From NCBI GenBank assembly GCA_963719785.1, contig CAVRCX010000007.1:243414-307413 (forward strand): 64,000 nt of DNA. Direction: 5' to 3'. Origin of the DNA: Terriglobia bacterium (GTDB lineage Bacteria > Acidobacteriota > Terriglobia > Bryobacterales > Bryobacteraceae). The position numbers and the translations under genes were made by a program. Below are positions 9,729 through 17,265 of this stretch, one piece after another; the stretch's first letter is position 1, and each line of letters opens with the position of its first letter. Under the pieces are notes generated by a model. It saw only the letters and a program-made list of their open reading frames with translations. It had not been told where the DNA came from and did not search any database.

Positions 9729-10739
9729 TTACAGGATCAACATGCAGTCGCCATACGAAAAGAACCGGTAGCGTTCTTCAACCGCATGCCGGTAAGCGGC
9801 GAGCGCGAACTCCGTGCCGGCCAGAGCGCAGACCAAAAGCAGCAAACTGGTGCGAGGCAGATGGAAATTGGTGAGCATAGCATTCACCCGTTGGAACCGA
9901 TAGCCTGGATAAATGAAGAGGTTGGTCAATCCGTTGCGAAGGCCTGTGGCCGAGGCCGCTTCGATCGTCCGCACGCTGGTAGTTCCAACCGCAATCACAC
10001 GCTTCGCCGCTTCGATTTCACGCCACGACTCTTCCGCAATCGAATAGCGTTCGTAGTGCAGCTGATGATTCTCGAAGTCCTCGCGGTCAATCGGCTGAAA
10101 CGTGCCGAGCCCGACGTGCAAAGTCACGTGAGCGATCGACGCGCCGGATTTTCGCACGTGCTCAATAACGGCGCCGGTGAAATGCAGGCCGGCGGTCGGC
10201 GCCGCCACAGATCCGCGCTCACGAGCAAAGACAGTCTGATACCGCTCGCGATCTTCCACGCGATCGGCGCGCTTGATGTAAGGAGGAAGAGGCATATGAC
10301 CAAGCCGGTCAATCGCCGCATAAACGTCATCGCCGCCAGTCAGGCGAACCGTTCGTTCCCCACGCGCGCCGGAGGCGATAATCTCAGCGGAGAAGTCGTC
10401 GCTGAATCGCACGATGTCGCCAACCCGGAGTTTCCGTCCAGGCCGAACCAAAGCCCGCCACTCCCGAGCATCAGAAGATACCGGCTCAATCAACATTACC
10501 TCGGCATGTGGGACAGGCGCTTCCGCCTGTCCACGCAGCCGGGAAGCCAGCACTCGCGAATCGTTAACCACCAAACAATCGCCCGCGTGAAGAAAACCAG
10601 GCAACTCGCGAAACCAACGATCCTCCCAACGCTGTTCATCCCGATGCACAACCAGCATCCGAGCCCCATCCCGCGCGGCCAAAGGCTCCTGAGCAATCAA
10701 CTCCGCCGGCAGTTCGTAATCGAAATCCGCAAGCCGCAT
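9729..10739 (-). CDS. queA: S-adenosylmethionine:tRNA ribosyltransferase-isomerase
   Basis: MRLADFDYELPAELIAQEPL...GHMPLPPYIKR...TTSVRTIE are hallmarks of QueA. The true start is the Met at aa 28 of the listed ORF. Confidence 0.9.
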   Translation of the reverse strand: MRLADFDYELPAELIAQEPLAARDGARMLVVHRDEQRWEDRWFRELPGFLHAGDCLVVNDSRVLASRLRGQAEAPVPHAEVMLIEPVSSDAREWRALVRPGRKLRVGDIVRFSDDFSAEIIASGARGERTVRLTGGDDVYAAIDRLGHMPLPPYIKRADRVEDRERYQTVFARERGSVAAPTAGLHFTGAVIEHVRKSGASIAHVTLHVGLGTFQPIDREDFENHQLHYERYSIAEESWREIEAAKRVIAVGTTSVRTIEAASATGLRNGLTNLFIYPGYRFQRVNAMLTNFHLPRTSLLLLVCALAGTEFALAAYRHAVEERYRFFSYGDCMLIL

Positions 10740-10743
10740 CAAC

Positions 10744-12519
10744 TCAGGCCTGCTTGGCCTCAAGCTCCGCCCACCGAGCGTATAACCGATCGACCTCAGC
10801 CTGCGCGGAGTCCATCTCATGCACTGCGGCGGTCAAGCGCACCGGATCTGAGACCACCTCCGGCAACTCCAACTGACTCCGTTTCTGGTCGAGCACTTCC
10901 TCCGCACGTTCCACAACCTGCTCGATCTGTTCCCACTCGCGGGCTTCCGTCCACGACAACTTCTTGCGCACAGGGGCGCTCTTGCCTGTCCCCGCCACCG
11001 CTTTCGGAGGCGCCTTTTTCGCCGCATTCGCCTGCTCCCACTGAGCCAGCTCGGCGAAGAACTCCACCTGCCCACGCCCATCCATGGCCATCAGCACAGT
11101 CGACAAACGGTCGAGCAGATAACGATCGTGGGTAACCAGAACAATCGCGCCGGGGAAGTCGGTGAGATTGCTTTCCAGAACCTCGAGCGTCGGAATATCC
11201 AGATCGTTGGTAGGCTCATCAAGCAGCAAAATATCCGCCGGCTGCAGCATCAGGCGAGCGATGTGAACGCGGGCGCGCTCGCCGCCGGAGAGCCGTCCGA
11301 CAGGCAGTTCCAATTGCTCCTGGCGAAACAGAAACCGCGCCGCCCATCCCGCCACGTGCTGTGGCCGATCGCGAAAGATTACCGTGTCACCCTCGGGAGC
11401 CAGCGCCCGCCGCAGAGGCATATCGGGATCGAGCCGATCGCGGTTCTGATCGAAATAAGCCACGCGCAGTCCTTCCGCCCTGCGTATCTCCCCTGTATCC
11501 GGCGCCATCTCGTCGGCGAGCAGACGCAGCAGAGTGGTCTTGCCGCTGCCGTTCGAGCCCAGCACGCCCATCGTCGTTCCGGGTCCGAGCGTGAAGCTCA
11601 CGTTGCTGAAAAGCAGCCGCCCGCCCAGCGTTTTGCCCACGCCCTCGCAGGTAATCAGCCGCTTCGTCAGCCGACCCGTTGCGGAGAAATCGACCAGTGC
11701 CGTGCCCTTCTGATTACGCTCCGTGACATCGGCGAGTTTGCCCTGCAGATCGAACGCATCCTGAATCCGCGCCTTCGATTTCGACGTCCGGGCCTTGGCG
11801 CCGCGCCGCAGCCATTCAATTTCGCGATCCACCAGGTTGGCCAGCGCATCCTGCTCTCGCTGCTGGGCGCGAAGAAATTCCACCCGCTTCTCGAGAAACT
11901 TACTGTAATTCCCGGAAGCCGTGAAAAGCCCCTGCGGATAAGCGCGATTGATCTCGGCGACTCTCGACGACACGTTCTCCAGAAAGTACCGGTCGTGCGT
12001 AATGAAGATCGACGCGAAGGAGGAAGAATTGACCAGCTTCTCCAGCCAGAGAATTCCCTCGACATCCAGATGATTGGTCGGCTCGTCGAGCAGCAGAACA
12101 TCCGGCGCCGATGCCAGCGCAACGGCAATCGCCAGCCGCTTGCGCCACCCGCCCGAGAGCGTTCCGGCAGTCGCGGAGGCGTCTTCAAAACCGACCCGGC
12201 TGATGATTTTCGAGACCTCGATATCGCGATCCTCATGATCGCGCGCGCCGGCTGTAATAATCTCGCGCGCCGTCAGGTCGGGATCGAACACGGGGTCCTG
12301 CACAACCATCGAGAGCCGTACGCCTTTGCGCACGGAGACGGTGCCGGAATCGGCGTCCATGCCACCACCAAGAATCTGCAGGAACGTCGATTTACCGGCG
12401 CCGTTAGGACCGATGATGCCGAGCCGGTCGTCATCGTGCAGACTGAGCGAAATGCCCGTAAACACGGTGCGCGATCCAAACGATTTGCCCAGCGAGTCGC
12501 AGGTGAGGAGGACTGACAT
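10744..12519 (-). CDS. ABC-F family ATPase with two ABC domains and no transmembrane domain (Uup/EttA-like translation factor)
   Basis: Two Walker A motifs (GPNGAGKST and GSNGSGKTT), two LSGG signature motifs (LSGGWRKRLAIA and LSGGERARVHIA), an inter-domain linker and a C-terminal coiled coil (QAEVDRLYARWAELEAKQA). Confidence 0.9.
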   Translation of the reverse strand: MSVLLTCDSLGKSFGSRTVFTGISLSLHDDDRLGIIGPNGAGKSTFLQILGGGMDADSGTVSVRKGVRLSMVVQDPVFDPDLTAREIITAGARDHEDRDIEVSKIISRVGFEDASATAGTLSGGWRKRLAIAVALASAPDVLLLDEPTNHLDVEGILWLEKLVNSSSFASIFITHDRYFLENVSSRVAEINRAYPQGLFTASGNYSKFLEKRVEFLRAQQREQDALANLVDREIEWLRRGAKARTSKSKARIQDAFDLQGKLADVTERNQKGTALVDFSATGRLTKRLITCEGVGKTLGGRLLFSNVSFTLGPGTTMGVLGSNGSGKTTLLRLLADEMAPDTGEIRRAEGLRVAYFDQNRDRLDPDMPLRRALAPEGDTVIFRDRPQHVAGWAARFLFRQEQLELPVGRLSGGERARVHIARLMLQPADILLLDEPTNDLDIPTLEVLESNLTDFPGAIVLVTHDRYLLDRLSTVLMAMDGRGQVEFFAELAQWEQANAAKKAPPKAVAGTGKSAPVRKKLSWTEAREWEQIEQVVERAEEVLDQKRSQLELPEVVSDPVRLTAAVHEMDSAQAEVDRLYARWAELEAKQA

Positions 12520-12521
12520 GG

Positions 12522-13844
12522 TTAATTATGAAGCTCGATTTCAACAGCCGCGGATTCCCGCTCGCCATATACAAGGCTGACCTGTGCGGAGGCCGGTTCC
12601 ATGCCGGCAGGAAGCAATGCGTTGACCTGGCGTGGAGCGTCGCCATGCGCCGGAGCCAGCCAGATCGCGGGCAGATCCGTGCCGTTGAGTCTGATGCGAA
12701 CATCCGCGAGCTCGGTACGCAAAGGGAGTCCCGCCACCCAGACGGATAGCGCACTGTCATCGCCCACGCGAATGCGTTTCGATTCGAAGCTCTTCCCGTC
12801 GGCGACGCGCGTGAGCCGGAGCTCGGGGTCGACGGATGCGTCCCACCATTGCGCATCGATGCCGATGCGCAGTGGCGCACTGAACTCACTCCGTGCCGTA
12901 CGCAGGATGGCATTGTGCCAGCCAGAGCCGAGACCCGGCGGAAGCTTACAAGTGGCCTGCCACCCGCCGCCGCTGCGCGCAACGTGAATCGGCCGCGAAC
13001 CAAATTCCCCGATCTGCGGGAACACGTTATCGCATGTCAGGCTCTCGCTCGCACTGGTGAAGTAGAACGTTAGATAGTCGTCGGCATCGCTCGAAAAGCT
13101 GTGGTCATGCGTAGCGCTGTTATCGATGCAAAGCACCATGGGCGCCGGCTCATCTCCTTCGGCCGCGCGCCACTTGCGATAGCCGGTAACGTGCGCCCGC
13201 TCACCCAGTGCGCTCTCAAAATCCACGCGCGCGAATCCCGCGGTCCGGCAGAACGCCATCAGGCAGGCAGCATTGGGACCCACCCAATTATCCAGCTGTC
13301 CGCGCAACTCAGTGGTCTCGTAGAACTCCATCGCGGGAATCGTGGCCGGATCGGGATCGGTCACAAACGACTCGATACAAGCCAAATCGCGGCACATTCC
13401 GCAAACGTTCTCCAGCGCCAGAAGCGGATGCTTCACGTGATACAGCACGCCCAGAAACAGCACGATATCGAACGTGCCCAGATCCTTCGACGTAACGCGG
13501 CAGATATCGCCGATGTGGTATTCAATGCGCGAGCCCAGCAGCTTCTTCGCTTCGAGCAGCCGCGTATTGCGCGTGGAATCGAGCGCCACAACCTGCGCCC
13601 CGCGCCGCTCCATTTCGAAGCTGAACCATCCGTCCCATGCGCCGATATCGAGCACGCGTTTTCCCGTGAGGTCTTCCGCAATGGGGAACTGGCGGATGCG
13701 CGTGCGCAATTGCCGGATGGTCTGGTGGCCCTCGATGACGCTGCCTCCCGGGAGTTCGATGCTGTGATACCAGCCGAGCTTCGATAGCCGTTCAATCTGG
13801 CGGCGGCTCTCTTCGATGACGCGCGCGTCGCGGGCTTCGCTCAT
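12522..13844 (-). CDS. Class I SAM-dependent methyltransferase (WYHSIELP / DUF1698-like N-terminal domain) carrying a roughly 250-aa C-terminal extension of unknown function
   Basis: WYHSIELPGGSVIEGH...GKRVLDIGAWDGWFSFEMERRGAQVVALD is a Rossmann SAM-binding motif. Its stop and start overlap ttcA (13841..13844) and it sits 3 bp from the ABC-F gene. The C-terminal half (aa 200-440) matched nothing I recognise. Confidence 0.7.
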   Translation of the reverse strand: MSEARDARVIEESRRQIERLSKLGWYHSIELPGGSVIEGHQTIRQLRTRIRQFPIAEDLTGKRVLDIGAWDGWFSFEMERRGAQVVALDSTRNTRLLEAKKLLGSRIEYHIGDICRVTSKDLGTFDIVLFLGVLYHVKHPLLALENVCGMCRDLACIESFVTDPDPATIPAMEFYETTELRGQLDNWVGPNAACLMAFCRTAGFARVDFESALGERAHVTGYRKWRAAEGDEPAPMVLCIDNSATHDHSFSSDADDYLTFYFTSASESLTCDNVFPQIGEFGSRPIHVARSGGGWQATCKLPPGLGSGWHNAILRTARSEFSAPLRIGIDAQWWDASVDPELRLTRVADGKSFESKRIRVGDDSALSVWVAGLPLRTELADVRIRLNGTDLPAIWLAPAHGDAPRQVNALLPAGMEPASAQVSLVYGERESAAVEIELHN

Positions 13845-14644
13845 GCGGGGTGCAGGATCGAAACCAGGTCGGGACTCGCCTCTTCTTCATCCGCAGCTTC
13901 GACTTCGCCATCGGGATCCAGATATCGAGTATCGAGGAGGCGCCCGTGATTGATATTTCCCATGGCGGAGAGGATGTTCTCTTTCAGATGCGGGTGCTCC
14001 AGTTCCCAATCCGCGATAGCTTCGCGAATGCCGCGCCGCACCGTGCCCGTGCGCAGCGAGCAACCGCACGGCACCACGGGAATGCCCTTGCTCTCGACAT
14101 ATCCGCGCGTAATATCTTCATTGACGAAGACCAGCGGCCGGATAAGCCTGTAATCGCGCTGCTTCGAATACGTGACGGCGGGAAGCGAACTGAGCCGGCC
14201 GGTGAACATGATGTTGCGCAGCAGCGATTCGCAGAAATCGTCGGCGGTGTGGCCGAAAGCGATGACGTTGGCGCCCATGCCGCGCGCGATTTGGTAAACG
14301 GCGCGGCGGCGGAAGCGGCTGCACAGATCGCATCCGTGATCGGGTTGCTCCTTCAAAAGCCGGAGCGAAGGATTGTCGGTGTGATACGTCCACTCGATGC
14401 CGAGGCTGCGAATATATTCGCCGACCGCATCGAAGGGGCGAAGGAATTTACCCTGCTCGACAGTGAAGGCGCAGACGGTGAAATCGATCGGGGCTCGTTT
14501 CTGGAGGAGCAGCAGGGCTTCGAGCATGGTGACGGAATCCTTGCCGCCCGAAACCGCCACGGCAATGCGATCGCCGTCGCGGATCATCTTGAAGCGATGG
14601 ATGGCTTCACCGACTTTCCGCAGCAGGGTCTTTTCGAGGTCCAC
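13841..14644 (-). CDS. ttcA: tRNA 2-thiocytidine(32) synthetase TtcA (PP-loop ATPase)
   Basis: PP-loop SGGKDS (AVAVSGGKDSVTMLEAL) and the paired Cys motifs CDLCSRFRR and PCGCSL. Confidence 0.85.
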   Translation of the reverse strand: MDLEKTLLRKVGEAIHRFKMIRDGDRIAVAVSGGKDSVTMLEALLLLQKRAPIDFTVCAFTVEQGKFLRPFDAVGEYIRSLGIEWTYHTDNPSLRLLKEQPDHGCDLCSRFRRRAVYQIARGMGANVIAFGHTADDFCESLLRNIMFTGRLSSLPAVTYSKQRDYRLIRPLVFVNEDITRGYVESKGIPVVPCGCSLRTGTVRRGIREAIADWELEHPHLKENILSAMGNINHGRLLDTRYLDPDGEVEAADEEEASPDLVSILHPA

Positions 14645-14653
14645 GTATTCAGA

Positions 14654-14817
14654 TTAGCGGATCGGCAGTTGATCGTAGGCCGCCATCTCGGGGCGACCCC
14701 AATCTTCCGCAAACGGAGCTAACCGACTGCGCAGATCGGGGGCCTGAGACTCGTCGATCCCGCGTTCACGGAGGTCGACTAGTAAAGCTTCCGTGTCAGA
14801 TACCTTCGACTTCGCCA
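14654..14817 (-). CDS. Small hypothetical protein (54 aa), divergent from higB; possibly an antitoxin-like or addiction-module component
   Basis: MAKSKVSDTEALLVDLRERGIDESQAPDLRSRLAPFAEDWGRPEMAAYDQLPIR. An in-frame ATG with no recognisable domain. Weak call. Confidence 0.25.
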
Positions 14818-14862
14818 TGCGTAATATTGTGACGCACATCTTAAGTAACCGGACTTGGGCGG

Positions 14863-14897
14863 TTGACCTACTATACGGCAATGACGTATAGTAGGGC
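14863..14897 (+). promoter_or_regulatory. higBA promoter (TTGACC, 18-bp spacer, TATAGT) overlapped by a perfect 11-bp inverted repeat that looks like an operator
   Basis: CCTACTATACG-gcaatga-CGTATAGTAGG at about 14867..14895 ends 2 nt before the higB GTG start. The -35 and -10 hexamers sit inside the palindrome arms. Confidence 0.4.
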
Positions 14898-15245
14898 GTG
14901 ATAGCGGAAATCGTGAGCCTGTCGGCGTACGAATCTCAGGTGTCGGCGCTCCTGAACGACTCGGAGCGAATGGCGATGGAATTCTATCTCGCCTGTGCGC
15001 CGGAGGATCATCCGGTCATACCGGGCACGGGCGGTTTTCGTAAGGCACGGTGGGCCCGATCAGGCAAGGGAAAGAGCGGCGGCTTCCGCGTGGTTTATTT
15101 TTTTCTGGCCGAACCGGGGCGGATTTACATGGCTGCAATATATGCCAAATCGCGTGTGGATAGCCTGTCGGCAGCGGATAACAATGTGCTCGCAAAGATT
15201 GCGGCGCAGATTAAAAAAGGGGCAAAGGAAAGGGAACGGTCATGA
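14898..15245 (+). CDS. higB: Type II toxin HigB-2 family (RelE/ParE superfamily, PF09907-like)
   Basis: GTGGFRKARWARSGKGKSGGFRVVYFFLAEPGRIYMAAIYAKSRVDSL aligns closely with Vibrio HigB-2 (GTGGLRKIRVASKGKGKRGGSRIIYYFL...FYLLTIYGKNE..DL). GTG start. It overlaps the downstream HTH gene by 4 bp. Confidence 0.8.
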   Translation: MIAEIVSLSAYESQVSALLNDSERMAMEFYLACAPEDHPVIPGTGGFRKARWARSGKGKSGGFRVVYFFLAEPGRIYMAAIYAKSRVDSLSAADNNVLAKIAAQIKKGAKERERS

Positions 15246-15553
15246 GCGTGCGCAAAGGGCGTACCAAATTCGGCTTGGAACTGGAGGCGAGCGCAAGTGA
15301 AATTCTGGCCCACGTCAAGGGCGAGGTGAAACTGCCGACGCGGCGCATCGTGCTGCCGGACGAGGTGGATGTCAGACGCATCCGGACCAAAGCGCGCATG
15401 TCGCAAGCGGAGTTCGCGCGGGCCTTTTGCATTAATCCGAGAACTCTGCAGGAATGGGAACAGGGGCGCAGAAAACCGGACGCAACTACACGCGCATACC
15501 TGGCGGTGATCGCCAAGAATCGCGAGGCGGTGTTGGATGCCCTGGCGCCATGA
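15242..15553 (+). CDS. higA: HigA-2 family antitoxin (XRE-type helix-turn-helix)
   Basis: MSQAEFARAFCINPRTLQEWEQGRRKPDATTRAYLAVIAKNREAV is a helix-turn-helix with the HigA-2 signature. It lies downstream of the toxin, as in higB2-higA2 operons. Confidence 0.8.
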   Translation: MSVRKGRTKFGLELEASASEILAHVKGEVKLPTRRIVLPDEVDVRRIRTKARMSQAEFARAFCINPRTLQEWEQGRRKPDATTRAYLAVIAKNREAVLDALAP

Positions 15554-15614
15554 CCGATACCGCCGGCTGACACCTACCCTTTCTGAGCTGTCCCTGTCTA
15601 CGATTTTTGGTCAG

Positions 15615-16280
15615 CTAATGATCAGCTCGGGAAACAAGGAGTTGTAAGTCCAGCCGCTGGTCATCTACAAACCCGCCATGAGCCCGAACTTCGTTTACGA
15701 GTGCGCCGCGTTCCACGCCGTACAGCGAGATCAAGGCCGGAAGACAGACCTCAGTGCAACTGGCCTCGAACTTGTGCCGGTCGAAAGTTTGCCGATATTG
15801 GTTTCTTCTTTCCGGAAAAACTAGAAGCAAGCCAAACAGCGCGCGAAGGGCACGCACCCTCACAGATTCGCCGTTAGCAAGGCTCTCCTCGGCATTCTTA
15901 TGCCCACAAAGTTCAGCCAACGGCCCGATGGCCTGCTCCGCCTCGATCCTTGCAGCCAGAAAGATCGCCTCGCCGACAACGTCCTTGTCCTCGAAAGTGC
16001 CTTGACTCGCAAGCCTGTTCAAGAGGATGGCTGCGGCGTCAGCCACCGATCTTTGAAGGTGCCGATGACCCTCGGGAGCATGTAAAGCAACATCTACAAA
16101 TATATCCGCCGGTTTTTCGAATCTTTCAAAACGGGGAAGGGCTGGGTCAATGACACCAGATAGCCTCGATTGAATTACCCTGGCTATATCGTTTGCGCCG
16201 ACGAAAGTTTCTAAATAGCGGCACGTCCTGACCACGCGCATGCGCAGGTTCCAAGGGTCAGGAGCGGAGCCCGGGTTCAT
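15615..16280 (-). CDS. Hypothetical protein (221 aa), predicted all-alpha, no recognisable domain. First gene of a lower-GC two-gene cassette.
   Basis: A long ORF with an ATG start. Its GC is visibly lower (roughly 52-55%) than the flanks (above 60%). A 15-bp gap separates it from the following ORF on the same strand. Confidence 0.5.
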   Translation of the reverse strand: MNPGSAPDPWNLRMRVVRTCRYLETFVGANDIARVIQSRLSGVIDPALPRFERFEKPADIFVDVALHAPEGHRHLQRSVADAAAILLNRLASQGTFEDKDVVGEAIFLAARIEAEQAIGPLAELCGHKNAEESLANGESVRVRALRALFGLLLVFPERRNQYRQTFDRHKFEASCTEVCLPALISLYGVERGALVNEVRAHGGFVDDQRLDLQLLVSRADH

Positions 16281-16295
16281 AGCGTTCCTGCATAT

Positions 16296-17198
16296 TCAAA
16301 TTTCCTGATTCCTCAGGAGTCCTACCAGACTCATCTCTTGTGGAGGGCCCGTTGTGGCGTCAAGCACGCGAAGGCCGATCTGACGACCTTCTCCAATCGA
16401 TACGCCCACCGACGCGTGGACGGCTTCCGGCACACCAAGTTTCCCATACGCCTCTGAAATGTCGACGGTCCGGCCGGGAGTGGGTCCGCCGCCTTCCTCA
16501 GATTTTTTGGTGAAGATCCAGCTTCCCTCCGGTCCGTCCTGCCACGCATCAAGGACCGTCGGAGCCTTAATTGGAACCCCTTTCTCGGCCAGGTAGGCCG
16601 CGCTGTAGCGCACCTCAACGAGCCTATAGCCACTTTGAACCAAGCTCCTTAATCCCAAGCGATCGCGCACGCGGTCGGAAGATGTTTCGCCGCTAAGAGC
16701 GTCGTCGGTAATCCAGAAGGGCCGACCCTCCCTTCCTAGCCTTTTACCCTCAATGTCGTCGCCCGTGCATTTTCCGGCCTGAATCAGCTCGGCAATTCTC
16801 TGCAGCAATCGATCGCCTCCTAATGGAAGGCGAAGTCCGAATCCCACGAAGCGATCAAGTCGTTCAAAATGGCAGACGTCTCCGCCCCAAGCCACCTCCT
16901 GTCCAGGCAGGGCGAACATTTTCTGGTGAGGACCGCGCAGTACGCTCTTTATCAACCGGTAAGGTTCGCTGACTAACTCTCGAAACGAGATGATGTCTGT
17001 TAGGAACTCCGCCCAAACATCTGGATTTATATCGTTACGCGAGCATTCTCGATAAATGTTACGGCGGATCAACAGGGCGTCGTCTCCGACAAAGGCCGCA
17101 CACCACGATTCGAACGTGAATCGAAAGCGGTGGCTCAGCGTTTTTTGCCAATACACTTCGAATTGATTCGGACTTTCCGCTACGGCCCCGCCGCTCAT
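16296..17198 (-). CDS. Hypothetical protein (300 aa), no recognisable domain. Second gene of the lower-GC two-gene cassette.
   Basis: A long ORF with an ATG start and the same low-GC signature. It sits 67 bp downstream of the OPT transporter gene on the same strand. Confidence 0.5.
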   Translation of the reverse strand: MSGGAVAESPNQFEVYWQKTLSHRFRFTFESWCAAFVGDDALLIRRNIYRECSRNDINPDVWAEFLTDIISFRELVSEPYRLIKSVLRGPHQKMFALPGQEVAWGGDVCHFERLDRFVGFGLRLPLGGDRLLQRIAELIQAGKCTGDDIEGKRLGREGRPFWITDDALSGETSSDRVRDRLGLRSLVQSGYRLVEVRYSAAYLAEKGVPIKAPTVLDAWQDGPEGSWIFTKKSEEGGGPTPGRTVDISEAYGKLGVPEAVHASVGVSIGEGRQIGLRVLDATTGPPQEMSLVGLLRNQEI

Positions 17199-17265
17199 GA
17201 GTCTGGGTTAGTCTACCACGATCACGACAGCAAATCGGGCCCTACAGGACTGTTATTGCCCAGCC

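Noticed and set aside
8847-11135. A 762-aa plus-strand ORF, with 11128..12516 (+) and 7595..8716 / 7935..8780 (+)
   Set aside because: These are antisense to prfB, queA, ABC-F and tsaC, all of which have strong family signatures. They are low-complexity Arg- and Pro-rich translations. Spurious.
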